45,973 nucleotides of DNA from a virus (lineage: Duplodnaviria > Caudoviricetes): positions 1 to 45,973 of IMG/VR virus record IMGVR_UViG_3300037755_000222. One strand, written 5' to 3'. Position numbers and translations under genes: made by a program. Positions 26,997 to 36,046 of the stretch are shown here, piece after piece (within the stretch, counting starts at the first letter, position 1; every line of letters begins with the position of its first letter). A model generated the notes under the pieces. It was given only the letters and a program-made list of their open reading frames with translations, ran no database searches and was not told the origin of the DNA.

Positions 26997-28497
26997 ACTC
27001 CGCCCATACCAGCTTTCCGCCGTTGAGCGCGTACGCGAAGCTATTCGTGCTGGCAAGCGGCGCATCTTGTTGGTAGCTCCTACCGGATCAGGCAAAACTG
27101 TTATCGGCGCGCACATAATTCATTCCGCTTTCCAGAAAGGAAAGATGAGTTTGTTTTTTGCTCATCGCCGGGAACTGATCCACCAGTGTTCCAACAAGCT
27201 GAAGCTGTTCGGCCTCGATCATGGCATTCTCATGTCCGGGGAACCGCCCTCGATGTTGGCCGAGACGCAGATCGCATCGATCCAGACCTTTGTGCGCCGT
27301 GTTGTGCGCGACATGAAGATATCGGCACCGTTGGCGGACGTGATAGAGATTGACGAAGCGCATCACGCTACTTCTGACAGTTATTTTCAACTGGATTCCA
27401 TGTATCCGGACTCTATCATTATCGGCCTTACGGCCACGCCTTGCCGTACTGATGGCCGTGGGCTGGGGAAGTTCTTTGATTGTTTGATCGAAGTAGCAAC
27501 CCCGCAGGAACTCATCGACATGGGATTTCTCGTGGATACGAATATCGTGGCTCCACGTCTCCCTGACCTTAAAGGGATCAAGACGGTGCGCGGGGATTTC
27601 GAGGAGAAGGAATTGCAGAAGCGCATGGAGCCGATGATCGGAGACCTCGTGCGCGACTGGAAGCAGTACGCCGCGGATCGCTCGACGCTGGTGTTCGCGG
27701 TCACGGTGGCGCATTCGGTATGGATCAAGGAACGCTTCGATAATCACGGGATCAGTTGTGAGCATGTGGACGCGCAGACTCCGATGGAAAAGCGCGACCA
27801 CATCTTCGATGATTTCCTGAACGGCCGGCTCCAAGTGCTGACCAACGTGGGGATCGCCACAGAGGGGACGGACCTGCCGATTGCCTCGTGTGCCATCCTT
27901 GCCAGACCCACGAAGTCGTATGGACTGTATCTTCAGATGGCCGGGAGAATCTGCCGCACGCATCCGGGAAAGGCCGACGCCATGATCATCGACCACTCCG
28001 GGAACGTGTATCGCCACGGTTTCCCGCAGGACGCGGGCGGCTGGGAACTGGATGAGAAGTTTTCGATGACAGATAAAAATCAGGAACGTCTCGAAAAGGA
28101 ATCAAACCCGATCACGTGCCGGGAGTGCTTCACGGTGTACTCGGGGCAACTGCATTGTCCGGCCTGTGGGGCGCTCCCGAGCAAGAAGGGGATCAGCCTT
28201 TCAATGGAGGAAGGCCGGCTCTACCATGTGGAGCGCAAAACGAAAAAGAAGAAGTCAGCCGATTACACGGTCGAGGAGAAAGCGAACTGGTATGGTCAAT
28301 TACGGGCGCTGGAACTGGCTGGCGGGAAGAAACCCGGATGGGCCGCGCACAAGTACCGCGAGAAATTTGAAGTGTGGCCGAACCTGCCGGCGATCCGCGA
28401 TGCGCCGCACCGGACACCGACACCCGAGGTCAAGAGTTTTGTCCAAGCGATGAATATCCGATATGCCAAGTCCAGAGACCGACAAGCCGCGCGCTAG
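26989..28497 (+). CDS. SF2 (DEAH) DNA helicase with C-terminal Zn finger (502 aa)
   Basis: LRPYQ, APTGSGKT, IDEAHH, GLTATP, QMAGRICR, CREC...CPAC. Confidence 0.93.
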   Translation: MIELRPYQLSAVERVREAIRAGKRRILLVAPTGSGKTVIGAHIIHSAFQKGKMSLFFAHRRELIHQCSNKLKLFGLDHGILMSGEPPSMLAETQIASIQTFVRRVVRDMKISAPLADVIEIDEAHHATSDSYFQLDSMYPDSIIIGLTATPCRTDGRGLGKFFDCLIEVATPQELIDMGFLVDTNIVAPRLPDLKGIKTVRGDFEEKELQKRMEPMIGDLVRDWKQYAADRSTLVFAVTVAHSVWIKERFDNHGISCEHVDAQTPMEKRDHIFDDFLNGRLQVLTNVGIATEGTDLPIASCAILARPTKSYGLYLQMAGRICRTHPGKADAMIIDHSGNVYRHGFPQDAGGWELDEKFSMTDKNQERLEKESNPITCRECFTVYSGQLHCPACGALPSKKGISLSMEEGRLYHVERKTKKKKSADYTVEEKANWYGQLRALELAGGKKPGWAAHKYREKFEVWPNLPAIRDAPHRTPTPEVKSFVQAMNIRYAKSRDRQAAR

Positions 28498-28702
28498 ACC
28501 TCGGAGTGTTTTTCCGAACGATAAGGCGCTTAATGAACTTGGCTGGATACGCACGCCGGACGGAGCGATCCTCGACAACCGTGATGGGTTTTATACTGAT
28601 CATCCGGATAGTTTCGTCGGGGAGTATGATACGCGGACTTGTGTGCCGATCCGAAAAGACCTTTTGAGAAAGCTGATAGAGGAGGCGCAGCGTGACCGAT
28701 GA
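28463..28702 (+). CDS. Hypothetical protein (start uncertain)
   Basis: Fills the gap between the helicase and the next gene. Confidence 0.4.
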   Translation: MPSPETDKPRARPRSVFPNDKALNELGWIRTPDGAILDNRDGFYTDHPDSFVGEYDTRTCVPIRKDLLRKLIEEAQRDR

Positions 28703-28964
28703 ACTCCTGACCCGCCGTGAGCGCGAAAGGATCGAGCGCATCCGGAAAGAGAAGTGGGCCAAGATTCAACAGGTGTTGCCGCTGATGGTGAAGCACATTG
28801 CTGAACTCAAGAAACCGTTCCTATACAAATATGAGGAAGTCGGCAGGCATGATGTCATCCGGAAGCGCCAGCGCATTGAGGACGGACCCGGAGCCAGAAT
28901 CACATTCTGCAAGATTGGTGAGGAGGTGATCATTGGACAAGAGGATTATCGTTATCCGCGATGA
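28692..28964 (+). CDS. Hypothetical protein
   Basis: GGAGG RBS; GTG start. Confidence 0.6.
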   Translation: MTDELLTRRERERIERIRKEKWAKIQQVLPLMVKHIAELKKPFLYKYEEVGRHDVIRKRQRIEDGPGARITFCKIGEEVIIGQEDYRYPR

Positions 28965-29367
28965 CGTGCGCCGGCAACGGGCGCTCAATGTCATCCGGGA
29001 GATCAAGATCGACCCGGCGAAGCCGATGGAGATCATCATCCAGCCGTTTCGCTGCACGCGCACGTTGGCGCAGAATCGTCTCATGTGGTGGTGGTTCAAT
29101 CACATCTGTATCCACCTGAAACTCACGATGGGAAAGTATTACAGCAAGGAACAGATGCGCGCCCACTTCATCGAGCTATTCAGTCCAGTCGTGACCGAGG
29201 AGTTCATGGGTAAGATCACGACCCGCAAGAAAACCACGAGCGAAATGACCATCGAGGAGTTCACCAAGTTTCTGAACGACATCGAACACTACACGTTTGA
29301 CGTGCTGCATTTTGTCTTGCCGAGGCGGGAAGATTTGTATCAGGCGGCGATGAGTAAGGCCGCATGA
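28933..29367 (+). CDS. NinB/YbcN-like recombination protein
   Basis: RTLAQNRLMWWWF and TTSEMTIEEFTKFLNDIE motifs; AGGAGG RBS. Confidence 0.8.
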   Translation: MDKRIIVIRDDVRRQRALNVIREIKIDPAKPMEIIIQPFRCTRTLAQNRLMWWWFNHICIHLKLTMGKYYSKEQMRAHFIELFSPVVTEEFMGKITTRKKTTSEMTIEEFTKFLNDIEHYTFDVLHFVLPRREDLYQAAMSKAA

Positions 29368-29618
29368 GCAAGGCCGCTTATGTAAAGAGTCAGGGGCAAA
29401 CCCGACAGCACGAATGTCATTGGCCGGGATGTGAAAAGCAGGTTCCACCGGCCATGTGGGGATGTAAAAAGCACTGGTTCATGTTGCCGAAACACTTGCG
29501 GGATAAAGTCTGGAAGGCGTATCGTCCCGGACAAGAAAAAGATATGAATCCATCTCGGGAATATCTCGAAGTGGCGAATGAGGTTCAGCGGTGGATAAAG
29601 TTGCATTACTCTGGATAG
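29364..29618 (+). CDS. Hypothetical Cys/His-rich protein
   Basis: HECHWPGC...MWGCKKHWFMLP. Confidence 0.7.
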   Translation: MSKAAYVKSQGQTRQHECHWPGCEKQVPPAMWGCKKHWFMLPKHLRDKVWKAYRPGQEKDMNPSREYLEVANEVQRWIKLHYSG

Positions 29619-29624
29619 AGATCA

Positions 29625-29939
29625 TTGATCAGCGAAACCAAGATCAAAGCCTTTGCCGAGGGCCAGTCCTGCACCGCGCGAATCCCCGGCGTCTGCAATA
29701 ATCGTGACGATACGAGTGTATGGTGCCACCTGCCTTCGGTGCGGTGGGGATCAGGCAAAGCCCTGAAGGTTCATGCCCTGATCGGCCTGATCGGATGCCA
29801 CGCCTGCCATGACGCCATCGATGGGAGAATCAAAAAGACCAGAGACGGAGAACCACTCGATCCGGAGTTCGTCCGCCTCTGTGCTTACGAGGGACACTTC
29901 GAGAGCCTGTACCGGCTGGATCAGGCCGGGATTATTTGA
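29625..29939 (+). CDS. DUF1364/YbcO-like putative nuclease
   Basis: AEGQSCTARIPGVCN...VWCHL...CHACHDAIDGR. Confidence 0.8.
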   Translation: MISETKIKAFAEGQSCTARIPGVCNNRDDTSVWCHLPSVRWGSGKALKVHALIGLIGCHACHDAIDGRIKKTRDGEPLDPEFVRLCAYEGHFESLYRLDQAGII

Positions 29940-30177
29940 TTTTTACGCGGTATGGCATTTGTGTTTTCTCATTCCATTTTTCTTCTTCATTGCCGATGAA
30001 TGATGTGCCGCCACTTTTGAGATGATCGCAATGTCGGCATTGACGAGTTAATGCATTTCCGGCAGAACCTTTGTTGGTGATGACGTGGCCGCATTCAAGT
30101 GTATCTCTGATACCAAAAGAACCCCATGCTGTACGCATCGGTTTATATCTTTCGGTACTAATTATTTTTCTTTTCAT
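29932..30177 (-). CDS. Hypothetical protein
   Basis: 81 aa; LECGH...CRHC. Confidence 0.55.
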   Translation of the reverse strand: MKRKIISTERYKPMRTAWGSFGIRDTLECGHVITNKGSAGNALTRQCRHCDHLKSGGTSFIGNEEEKWNEKTQMPYRVKIK

Positions 30178-30440
30178 GATTTTTTAGGCTCCGGGGTGAG
30201 CGCGTCCGCGATCTGCTTGTTGCTGTTGATGTCAGGTGACAGGTTGATGACCCAATTAATCGAGGCGCGGGCCATGTAGCGGATCACCTTTGCCGGCGGC
30301 GTATGGATGCCGCGCTCAAACTCTGACATGCGGGAATGATTGTAGCTCTTGCCGCACGCATCGTTGACCGCTTCGATGGCTCGGGATTTGTCCATGCCTT
30401 TGTCGGACATGGCGGCAAAGTAGGTGATGATGATGTTCAT
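30174..30440 (-). CDS. Small XRE-like HTH protein
   Basis: YNHSRMSEFERGIHTPP. Confidence 0.55.
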   Translation of the reverse strand: MNIIITYFAAMSDKGMDKSRAIEAVNDACGKSYNHSRMSEFERGIHTPPAKVIRYMARASINWVINLSPDINSNKQIADALTPEPKKS

Positions 30441-31345
30441 TAGTTGTCTCCCAGTGTTTCTACAACGCCATCCCAGTTATCGGAAACCGACAGCAGCAGT
30501 TCACGTTCCTTTTCTTGACGGGCATAGACCTCCTGATAAATATCGTCGTTTCGCAGGCTCTTGATTGCCTTACGGACAAGACCGACAATCATCTGCGGAT
30601 CGAGCGCATCGAGTTCCCAGCTTTCGTTCCCGTACTTGTCCTCATAGCTGTTGAAGCGGGAGTCCGTCATCTTGGCCGGATTCGGTGGCGGGTTGTATTT
30701 GCGGACCTGATCCATGTTGAGCGCCAGACGCTTGACCTCGACGTTCCCTTCGCTGAACATGGTCAGGCGGTCAAGGTTGTCTCGGGTCATGTCGATCCCG
30801 CTGGGATCGTGGTCGCCAAGGTGCAGGATCACGAGTTTCTGTCCAGCCGCCCCGTACTTCTCGCCACGGACGCCAGCGCGCCACTGTTCCGATTGGCTGG
30901 AATAGCCGCGGCAGGCGAAATACGGGATATCGTTCTCTATGCAGACACTTTCGATCACGCCGATCAAGGCGTCCTTCTCGATCCAGACCTCGGGGCGGAC
31001 GTTCTGGCCTTCCCAAAGATCAAGCTGGTACTGATCAGCCGCCGCCTTGATGATCTCCTGCGGACTCTCGAAGTGCGGGTTCTTGCGGACGTTGCGGGTG
31101 CGGTCCTCGATGGCATACCAGTCGATGAGACCGGCCAGACGGCCATCGTTGATGATGCTCCCGAGACGCTTGTATTCCGTCTGTCGGTTCGGGATCAGAT
31201 CGCGCGCCACGAACTGGTAGTAAAGCTGGCGCAGGGTCAGGACGAAACCCTGCGCCTGATACTCCGCGATGATCTCGTTGGCCTTGTCGATGATGGCAAG
31301 GCTGGATTTGTTGAAGCGTTTTGGAACGTATTCGATGAGAGGCAT
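30440..31345 (-). CDS. Topoisomerase VI-A/Spo11/JetD-like winged-helix plus Toprim protein
   Basis: LTLRQLYY, EVWIEKDAL, CRGYSS, LHLGDHDPSG, WELDAL. Confidence 0.8.
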   Translation of the reverse strand: MPLIEYVPKRFNKSSLAIIDKANEIIAEYQAQGFVLTLRQLYYQFVARDLIPNRQTEYKRLGSIINDGRLAGLIDWYAIEDRTRNVRKNPHFESPQEIIKAAADQYQLDLWEGQNVRPEVWIEKDALIGVIESVCIENDIPYFACRGYSSQSEQWRAGVRGEKYGAAGQKLVILHLGDHDPSGIDMTRDNLDRLTMFSEGNVEVKRLALNMDQVRKYNPPPNPAKMTDSRFNSYEDKYGNESWELDALDPQMIVGLVRKAIKSLRNDDIYQEVYARQEKERELLLSVSDNWDGVVETLGDN

Positions 31346-31353
31346 GTGATCTC

Positions 31354-31839
31354 CTAATCAGCTTGTGGTTTAAAGAATACTGGCAAGTCCTCATCCGGCG
31401 CTTCGTTTTCCGGGACGGCGCTGGGTGAGTTGACCTCGATAGGTTCCTGTTCTTCCCCGAAATATTTCTCCTGATCCCGGCGCTCCGGTGTGTCGAGCGC
31501 GAGACGGCCATCGTCTGGCGGGATCGGGCCGGGGCAGACGTTAATGAATTTGTCCTTCATTAAAGCCGCCTTGAGACCGGCATCCCATACGCGCGGCTTG
31601 TCATGGAACAGCAGCGTGCCGATGCTATAGGTGAAGTATCCGATCTCGGTGCCATCCACCTTGAAGTAGTAGCGGAAAAAAGGTTCGTATCGCGGGGAGC
31701 CGTTGAGGTATGAATAACCGCGCACCGGGACCATCGAATCCGCCACGTCGCAGGCTCCGTGTTTCACGGCTTCGGCATCGGCCTCGCTCAGACCGATGTT
31801 GATGAAGCCAGTGCCGGCCGAGAAGATCGCGGGAGTCAT
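31354..31839 (-). CDS. Hypothetical protein (161 aa)
   Basis: ATGA-coupled within the early cluster. Confidence 0.55.
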   Translation of the reverse strand: MTPAIFSAGTGFINIGLSEADAEAVKHGACDVADSMVPVRGYSYLNGSPRYEPFFRYYFKVDGTEIGYFTYSIGTLLFHDKPRVWDAGLKAALMKDKFINVCPGPIPPDDGRLALDTPERRDQEKYFGEEQEPIEVNSPSAVPENEAPDEDLPVFFKPQAD

Positions 31840-32459
31840 GACTTCACCATTTCGTATTCGGCCAGCAGCGAGAGAATTTTTCTCGCCAGCGGGATCGATA
31901 CGCTGCGGAGGAGAATGTTGCAACTGTCGGCTCCGATGCTTTCCACTTCACCGTATCCGTTGATGTTTTTCAACGGTAATCTGAAGCCGTTGTTGCGATC
32001 ATTCAGGCGATCACCGTAAATATTCACCAGTTCGCGCGCGTTGCTCACGTATTTATTTTTGTAGGCTTCACGGCTGGCCTTGAGTTCCTTGACCTTCGCC
32101 AGCAAGACGCGGTACTCGGGAAGGAAGCGGCGCTCGATGTCCTTGGCGATCTTGTCGCCGGGACGATTGCCGTTCACGCTGATGCGAGGTGGGGCCATAC
32201 GCTCACCGTTCACATAGCTGTCGGCCAGATACTCGCCTTCCGGGCCTTTCGGATAATCACCGGAGATTTCCAGCTTGCCCATCTGGCTTCCGTAGGTGAT
32301 GACGGTGAACCCGAATTTCTCATCATTTTCACCGATGAGGTAAGCATATCGGTCGCTGACATTGCCATCGTGTTTCTGTGCCTCGGCGCGGAAGCCGTCG
32401 AGGTACTTGGCAATTTCCTTGGCCTTCTCGAAGGCGTTGGGGTAGAGTTTCTGGATCAT
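31836..32459 (-). CDS. Hypothetical protein (207 aa)
   Basis: AGGAG RBS before ATG 32459. Confidence 0.65.
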   Translation of the reverse strand: MIQKLYPNAFEKAKEIAKYLDGFRAEAQKHDGNVSDRYAYLIGENDEKFGFTVITYGSQMGKLEISGDYPKGPEGEYLADSYVNGERMAPPRISVNGNRPGDKIAKDIERRFLPEYRVLLAKVKELKASREAYKNKYVSNARELVNIYGDRLNDRNNGFRLPLKNINGYGEVESIGADSCNILLRSVSIPLARKILSLLAEYEMVKS

Positions 32460-32824
32460 GATTTTTCTCCTATCACGGTAAGAAGCCCGGATTTTCTGAG
32501 TGATCCCGTGGGATCGATGAAGTCTGCCAGTTCTGGGGCGCAGGTGGCGGTGACATCCGGGATTTTTACCACCGCGTTGCATTCACCACCGAACAACTTG
32601 CGGACTCCGTTCTTGGGAACCTGTAAATATTTACCTACTAAATCGTTGTATTCGATTCCATCAAATACTTGGCGAGATACTTTGATTCGGTAGCATTCGC
32701 AAGTAGCTCCCTCGAACATTCCAACATCCTCGATTACGCCCTCGATGTAGCAGGCACTTGATCCTTTCAACTCACGGGAGTCGAAGTCGAAACTTCTGAC
32801 TCGATCACCGACTTGCAGGCACAT
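32456..32824 (-). CDS. Hypothetical SH3-like protein (122 aa)
   Basis: LQVGDRVRSFDF...CYIEGVIE; GGAGG RBS. Confidence 0.6.
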   Translation of the reverse strand: MCLQVGDRVRSFDFDSRELKGSSACYIEGVIEDVGMFEGATCECYRIKVSRQVFDGIEYNDLVGKYLQVPKNGVRKLFGGECNAVVKIPDVTATCAPELADFIDPTGSLRKSGLLTVIGEKS

Positions 32825-32990
32825 AGCATTCACCTCCGTTAAGACTCTTGATTTGTTTCGGCTTCACGATTTGCTTTTCTTTCGAGAAGTCCATGCCGCA
32901 GTAGCGGCACCGGAACCAGCGCAACCGCCCGAGACTTCCGAGTTCGCAACTGGGGCCGTCGAGGTCACTTTGGCAGGCGGGGCATTTCAT
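32805..32990 (-). CDS. Small Zn-ribbon protein
   Basis: CPAC...LGSLGRLRWFRCRYCG. Confidence 0.6.
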   Translation of the reverse strand: MKCPACQSDLDGPSCELGSLGRLRWFRCRYCGMDFSKEKQIVKPKQIKSLNGGECYVPASR

Positions 32991-33226
32991 AAAACACCTC
33001 CAAGGGCTCGGATTTCTTCGCGCAGGTTTTTTGCTGCTGTTTCAAGTTCCGGCGTGCTGCCGTTGTCGCTGATGGAATTCTCGATGCCGGTAAGGTCATA
33101 ACATTGAGAACACAGTTCCAGATTCTCGTTATCGCCTCGTCCTGTTGAACGAGTTTTGCGACCGCAGCAGCGGCATGGATAGCAACCAGAGCCTTTGGAG
33201 AATCTGTCTGTTTTTCTCATGGTCAT
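32987..33226 (-). CDS. Small Cys-rich protein
   Basis: GCYPCRCCGRKTR...LCSQCYDL. Confidence 0.6.
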   Translation of the reverse strand: MTMRKTDRFSKGSGCYPCRCCGRKTRSTGRGDNENLELCSQCYDLTGIENSISDNGSTPELETAAKNLREEIRALGGVL

Positions 33227-33368
33227 TCTCCGTACTGCTGATATTCGGGAACCTTGGCCGGTTCCAGCTTGCCGCTCAAGATCAGGGCATCGAGCAGCGC
33301 CGCCGAGAGGAGAAGGATCAGTTCGAGCGTGGTCATTTTCGTTTCTCCTGTTCCGTTGTTTCAAACAC

Positions 33369-33397
33369 AGCATGGCACACAATATGAGCCAAGTCAA
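33369..33397 (-). promoter_or_regulatory. Leftward early promoter, repeat copy 1
   Basis: Minus strand TTGACT-N17-CATGCT; near-identical to 34367-34395. Confidence 0.7.
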
Positions 33398-33654
33398 GAC
33401 AAATACTTTCTGGCCTCCTCGGTCATGCCGTACTTGCTCCCGAGTTGCTTGACCTTGGCGACCAGTTTTTTGAGCGTGTCCTCGTCGAAGTATTCCGAGA
33501 CCACCTCCTCAAGATCGGTGCGGTATTTCACCACGCGGGTCTCGACCCCGACCGCGATGGGGATGATGAAGGATCGTTTCTCGTCATCCTTGACCAGAAT
33601 GCCGAAGCGGTATCCGTCATCGTAATAGCGAACGGCTTTGAGATTTCGGTTCAT
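33394..33654 (-). CDS. Hypothetical protein (86 aa)
   Basis: AGGAG RBS before ATG 33654. Confidence 0.6.
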   Translation of the reverse strand: MNRNLKAVRYYDDGYRFGILVKDDEKRSFIIPIAVGVETRVVKYRTDLEEVVSEYFDEDTLKKLVAKVKQLGSKYGMTEEARKYLS

Positions 33655-33688
33655 GATTTGCTCCTGTGATTTCCTGACTCCAAACCCA

Positions 33689-33717
33689 TTATAACACACG
33701 TCATGTGTCTTGACTTG
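33689..33717 (-). promoter_or_regulatory. Extended -10 promoter candidate with an inverted CAAGTCAAG box
   Basis: Minus strand TGnTATAAT at 33689-33697; CTTGACTTG at 33709-33717. Confidence 0.5.
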
Positions 33718-33799
33718 AAACCGGGACGAACCATCAAGGACTTACAAAACATGACTCACTTATTTTCCAGTATTAAAAAATCCGACGAACGGCGGTTCG

Positions 33800-34057
33800 C
33801 TATTTTTTCGTGTATGACTGGTAATTTCTGATGGGAGTGTTTTCTTGATACACCTCGCGTGTATTGAACGGCTGGCTCGCCTGTTCCTTGGCATTGGCGA
33901 AGGTGGCGTAATCGCAATCTTCTTCCAAGTACACCATCTCACCCTTCTGGTAGCTGTATGGAGTGATTTGGTCGGCGATCCCGAGTGCCACCAGTTCGGC
34001 GCGCGGAACCGCGAGCCAGCCATGTCCCGGATCGGTGTAAAATGTGTAAGTGTTCAT
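33800..34057 (-). CDS. Conserved phage early protein (DPGHGWL family, 85 aa)
   Basis: YTDPGHGWLAVP...VYLEEDCD. Confidence 0.7.
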   Translation of the reverse strand: MNTYTFYTDPGHGWLAVPRAELVALGIADQITPYSYQKGEMVYLEEDCDYATFANAKEQASQPFNTREVYQENTPIRNYQSYTKK

Positions 34058-34302
34058 TTCACACCTGCCGCCTGCTTCAGTTCCGCCTTGAGCGCCTTGG
34101 CTTCCGGGCCACGGAGGGACTGAAGGTTGCCGAGAGCATACAGGACAATCGACTTGCCGCTGTCGCATCCGTAGCTGTCGCTCACGCTGTTGAGGGATTC
34201 CATTGCATCGAGGTAGGGCGCGGCGGCGAAATACACCGGCTTGCCGGCCTTGCGATACAGGGCCTTGATATCACTGGCAATTTGGTAGAGGGGGCGGGAC
34301 AT
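34054..34302 (-). CDS. Conserved phage early protein (82 aa)
   Basis: MSRPLYQIASDI...AAPYLDAM...RGPEAKALKAELK; AGGAG RBS. Confidence 0.7.
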   Translation of the reverse strand: MSRPLYQIASDIKALYRKAGKPVYFAAAPYLDAMESLNSVSDSYGCDSGKSIVLYALGNLQSLRGPEAKALKAELKQAAGVK

Positions 34303-34320
34303 GGTGTTTCTCCTGTAAGG

Positions 34321-34349
34321 TTGACTGTACTTGACTCTTGACATATCAT
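34321..34349 (+). promoter_or_regulatory. Rightward sigma70 promoter
   Basis: TTGACT-N17-TATCAT; further TTGAC copies at 34331 and 34338. Confidence 0.6.
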
Positions 34350-34366
34350 CATTCCACTACGATCAG

Positions 34367-34395
34367 AGCATGACACAAGATATGAGCCAAGTCAA
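34367..34395 (-). promoter_or_regulatory. Leftward early promoter, repeat copy 2
   Basis: Minus strand TTGACT-N17-CATGCT. Confidence 0.7.
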
Positions 34396-34804
34396 GTCAT
34401 CGAAAGTGCAGCAGATAAAACGCTCGAAGCTGCTGGCCTTGAAACAGGAGCGTGCCGCGCTGCGCGAGAAGGTCACGGCAATGGGCCACATGATCGACTT
34501 CCTGACCGCCAAGGTGCGCGTGAAGTCGGGAGAGCCGTTTGAAAATCTCCCCACCCTGATCATCGAGGTTGAGTACATGGGGAAGGTTTATCACGGAACG
34601 CTGGATCACCGGACGTTCAATGAAAACCGTACACCGGAGCAGGTGTGCTACCAATTCGGGATCGTGTCCGCCTCGCATCTGATGGGTGGGCGCATGGCCG
34701 CAATGGTAGGGCGTGAAGCCCTGAAGCCGTTGACAGATATGCTGCAAACGATCAGGGCCAAAGACCCGCAGACCGACGCCTTCAGCGAAAAGAAAGCGGG
34801 ATGA
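34382..34804 (+). CDS. Hypothetical protein (start uncertain)
   Basis: First ORF of the rightward block; stop overlaps the next ATG. Confidence 0.55.
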   Translation: MSQVKSSKVQQIKRSKLLALKQERAALREKVTAMGHMIDFLTAKVRVKSGEPFENLPTLIIEVEYMGKVYHGTLDHRTFNENRTPEQVCYQFGIVSASHLMGGRMAAMVGREALKPLTDMLQTIRAKDPQTDAFSEKKAG

Positions 34805-35178
34805 ACTCAATGCAGACAGTGAGCGTAAACCAACCGTATATGCTGCGACTGGTGAGCATTATTCCGAAGTCCAAGATTCACGGCTATCGACTGAAGCCCG
34901 GTGAACGGATCGTGTGCGCCTTCGATTGCGCCGACGAGGACTTCGCGCCGGTCGTGGCGGTGTGTCGTGAAGATTCGTCCGTGAAAAGCAATACACGTGA
35001 AAGTGAGGCTGTACCCGAGGACGCCGTGGGTGTACTCCCAGCGCGCGATGCTGGCGGCGTTCAAGGGCTTTCTTATAAGTGGAATGATCCAAAAGCACAC
35101 GTAGTTTACGATCCTTTCCGGTATGATCCGATAAAGGTTTTGCCTGAGAAGGTCAGCGTGCGAAAGAACCTCAACTAA
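34801..35178 (+). CDS. Hypothetical protein
   Basis: 125 aa; ATGA-coupled. Confidence 0.5.
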   Translation: MNSMQTVSVNQPYMLRLVSIIPKSKIHGYRLKPGERIVCAFDCADEDFAPVVAVCREDSSVKSNTRESEAVPEDAVGVLPARDAGGVQGLSYKWNDPKAHVVYDPFRYDPIKVLPEKVSVRKNLN

Positions 35179-35194
35179 AACGGAGCGGCGGCGC

Positions 35195-35419
35195 ATGAGT
35201 CCGAGTTATGACGAAGGCTACAAGGCTTTTCTCGATGGCAAACCCGTCACGGCGAACCCGTACTGTTTTTGTAATGCCAAAGCCGATTTGTGGGATGACG
35301 GCTGGATTCAGGCCCGCACCGATAAAACGCTCGAAGCAGCATCTTCTCGGGCAACACCATTGCCACAGGACAAAGTGATCATCGAAACAAATCCGGAGAC
35401 CGTTACGGATGGAGCATGA
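35195..35419 (+). CDS. Rmf/CrpP-fold-like small protein
   Basis: YDEGYKAFLDGKPVTANPY...WDDGW pattern. Confidence 0.55.
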   Translation: MSPSYDEGYKAFLDGKPVTANPYCFCNAKADLWDDGWIQARTDKTLEAASSRATPLPQDKVIIETNPETVTDGA

Positions 35420-35696
35420 CCTGAAAATCTGGCCGGCGTACTTTGCCCCAGTCGCCTCCGGGATCAAGCGGTTCGAGATGCGCGCCAATGACCGCGACTA
35501 CAAGGCCGGCGATGCGTTGCTATTGCGCGAGTGGAACCCGCAGACTAAGGAATACACCGGACGCGCGGTCAAGGTCGGCATCACCCACGTCCTGCGGATC
35601 AACGAACTCGATGCCGGTCTGAAGTCGATCATGGGACTCAATCCCTGCCCTGCCAAACTGAATGACATGGCGATCCTGTCGATTACACGGATATGA
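35409..35696 (+). CDS. ASCH/PUA-domain protein (DUF3850-like)
   Basis: HDLKIWPAYFAPVASGIKRFEMRANDRDYKAGDALLLREW. Confidence 0.88.
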   Translation: MEHDLKIWPAYFAPVASGIKRFEMRANDRDYKAGDALLLREWNPQTKEYTGRAVKVGITHVLRINELDAGLKSIMGLNPCPAKLNDMAILSITRI

Positions 35697-36046
35697 GTTT
35701 CAATCACTGGGTTCGACGCAAACTCCGCAATCGCCTGATGCAAGGCGATGAACCCACGTGGTTGCAGCGACACCCGAGACGGCGCTACTACGTGGCGGCA
35801 ATATTGTCGGTGCCGGCGTGGATCAAGGGTGTCGATCTGTTGCGCGTGCAGAAGCAGCGAGATTTCATGACTCTCGCTACCGGGATCGAGCATGTCATGG
35901 ATCACATCGTCCCGCTGAATCACCCGCACGTGTGCGGCTTAACCGTGCCGTGGAACATCCAAGTCATCCCGCGCGCTTACAACGGCCACAAGAGCAATCA
36001 CTGGTGGCCCGATGCGTGGTTTGAACAGGTGGAGTTCGCGCTATGA
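35693..36046 (+). CDS. HNH endonuclease-like protein
   Basis: HVMDHIVPL...VCGLTVPWNIQVI...NGHKSN. Confidence 0.8.
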   Translation: MSFNHWVRRKLRNRLMQGDEPTWLQRHPRRRYYVAAILSVPAWIKGVDLLRVQKQRDFMTLATGIEHVMDHIVPLNHPHVCGLTVPWNIQVIPRAYNGHKSNHWWPDAWFEQVEFAL

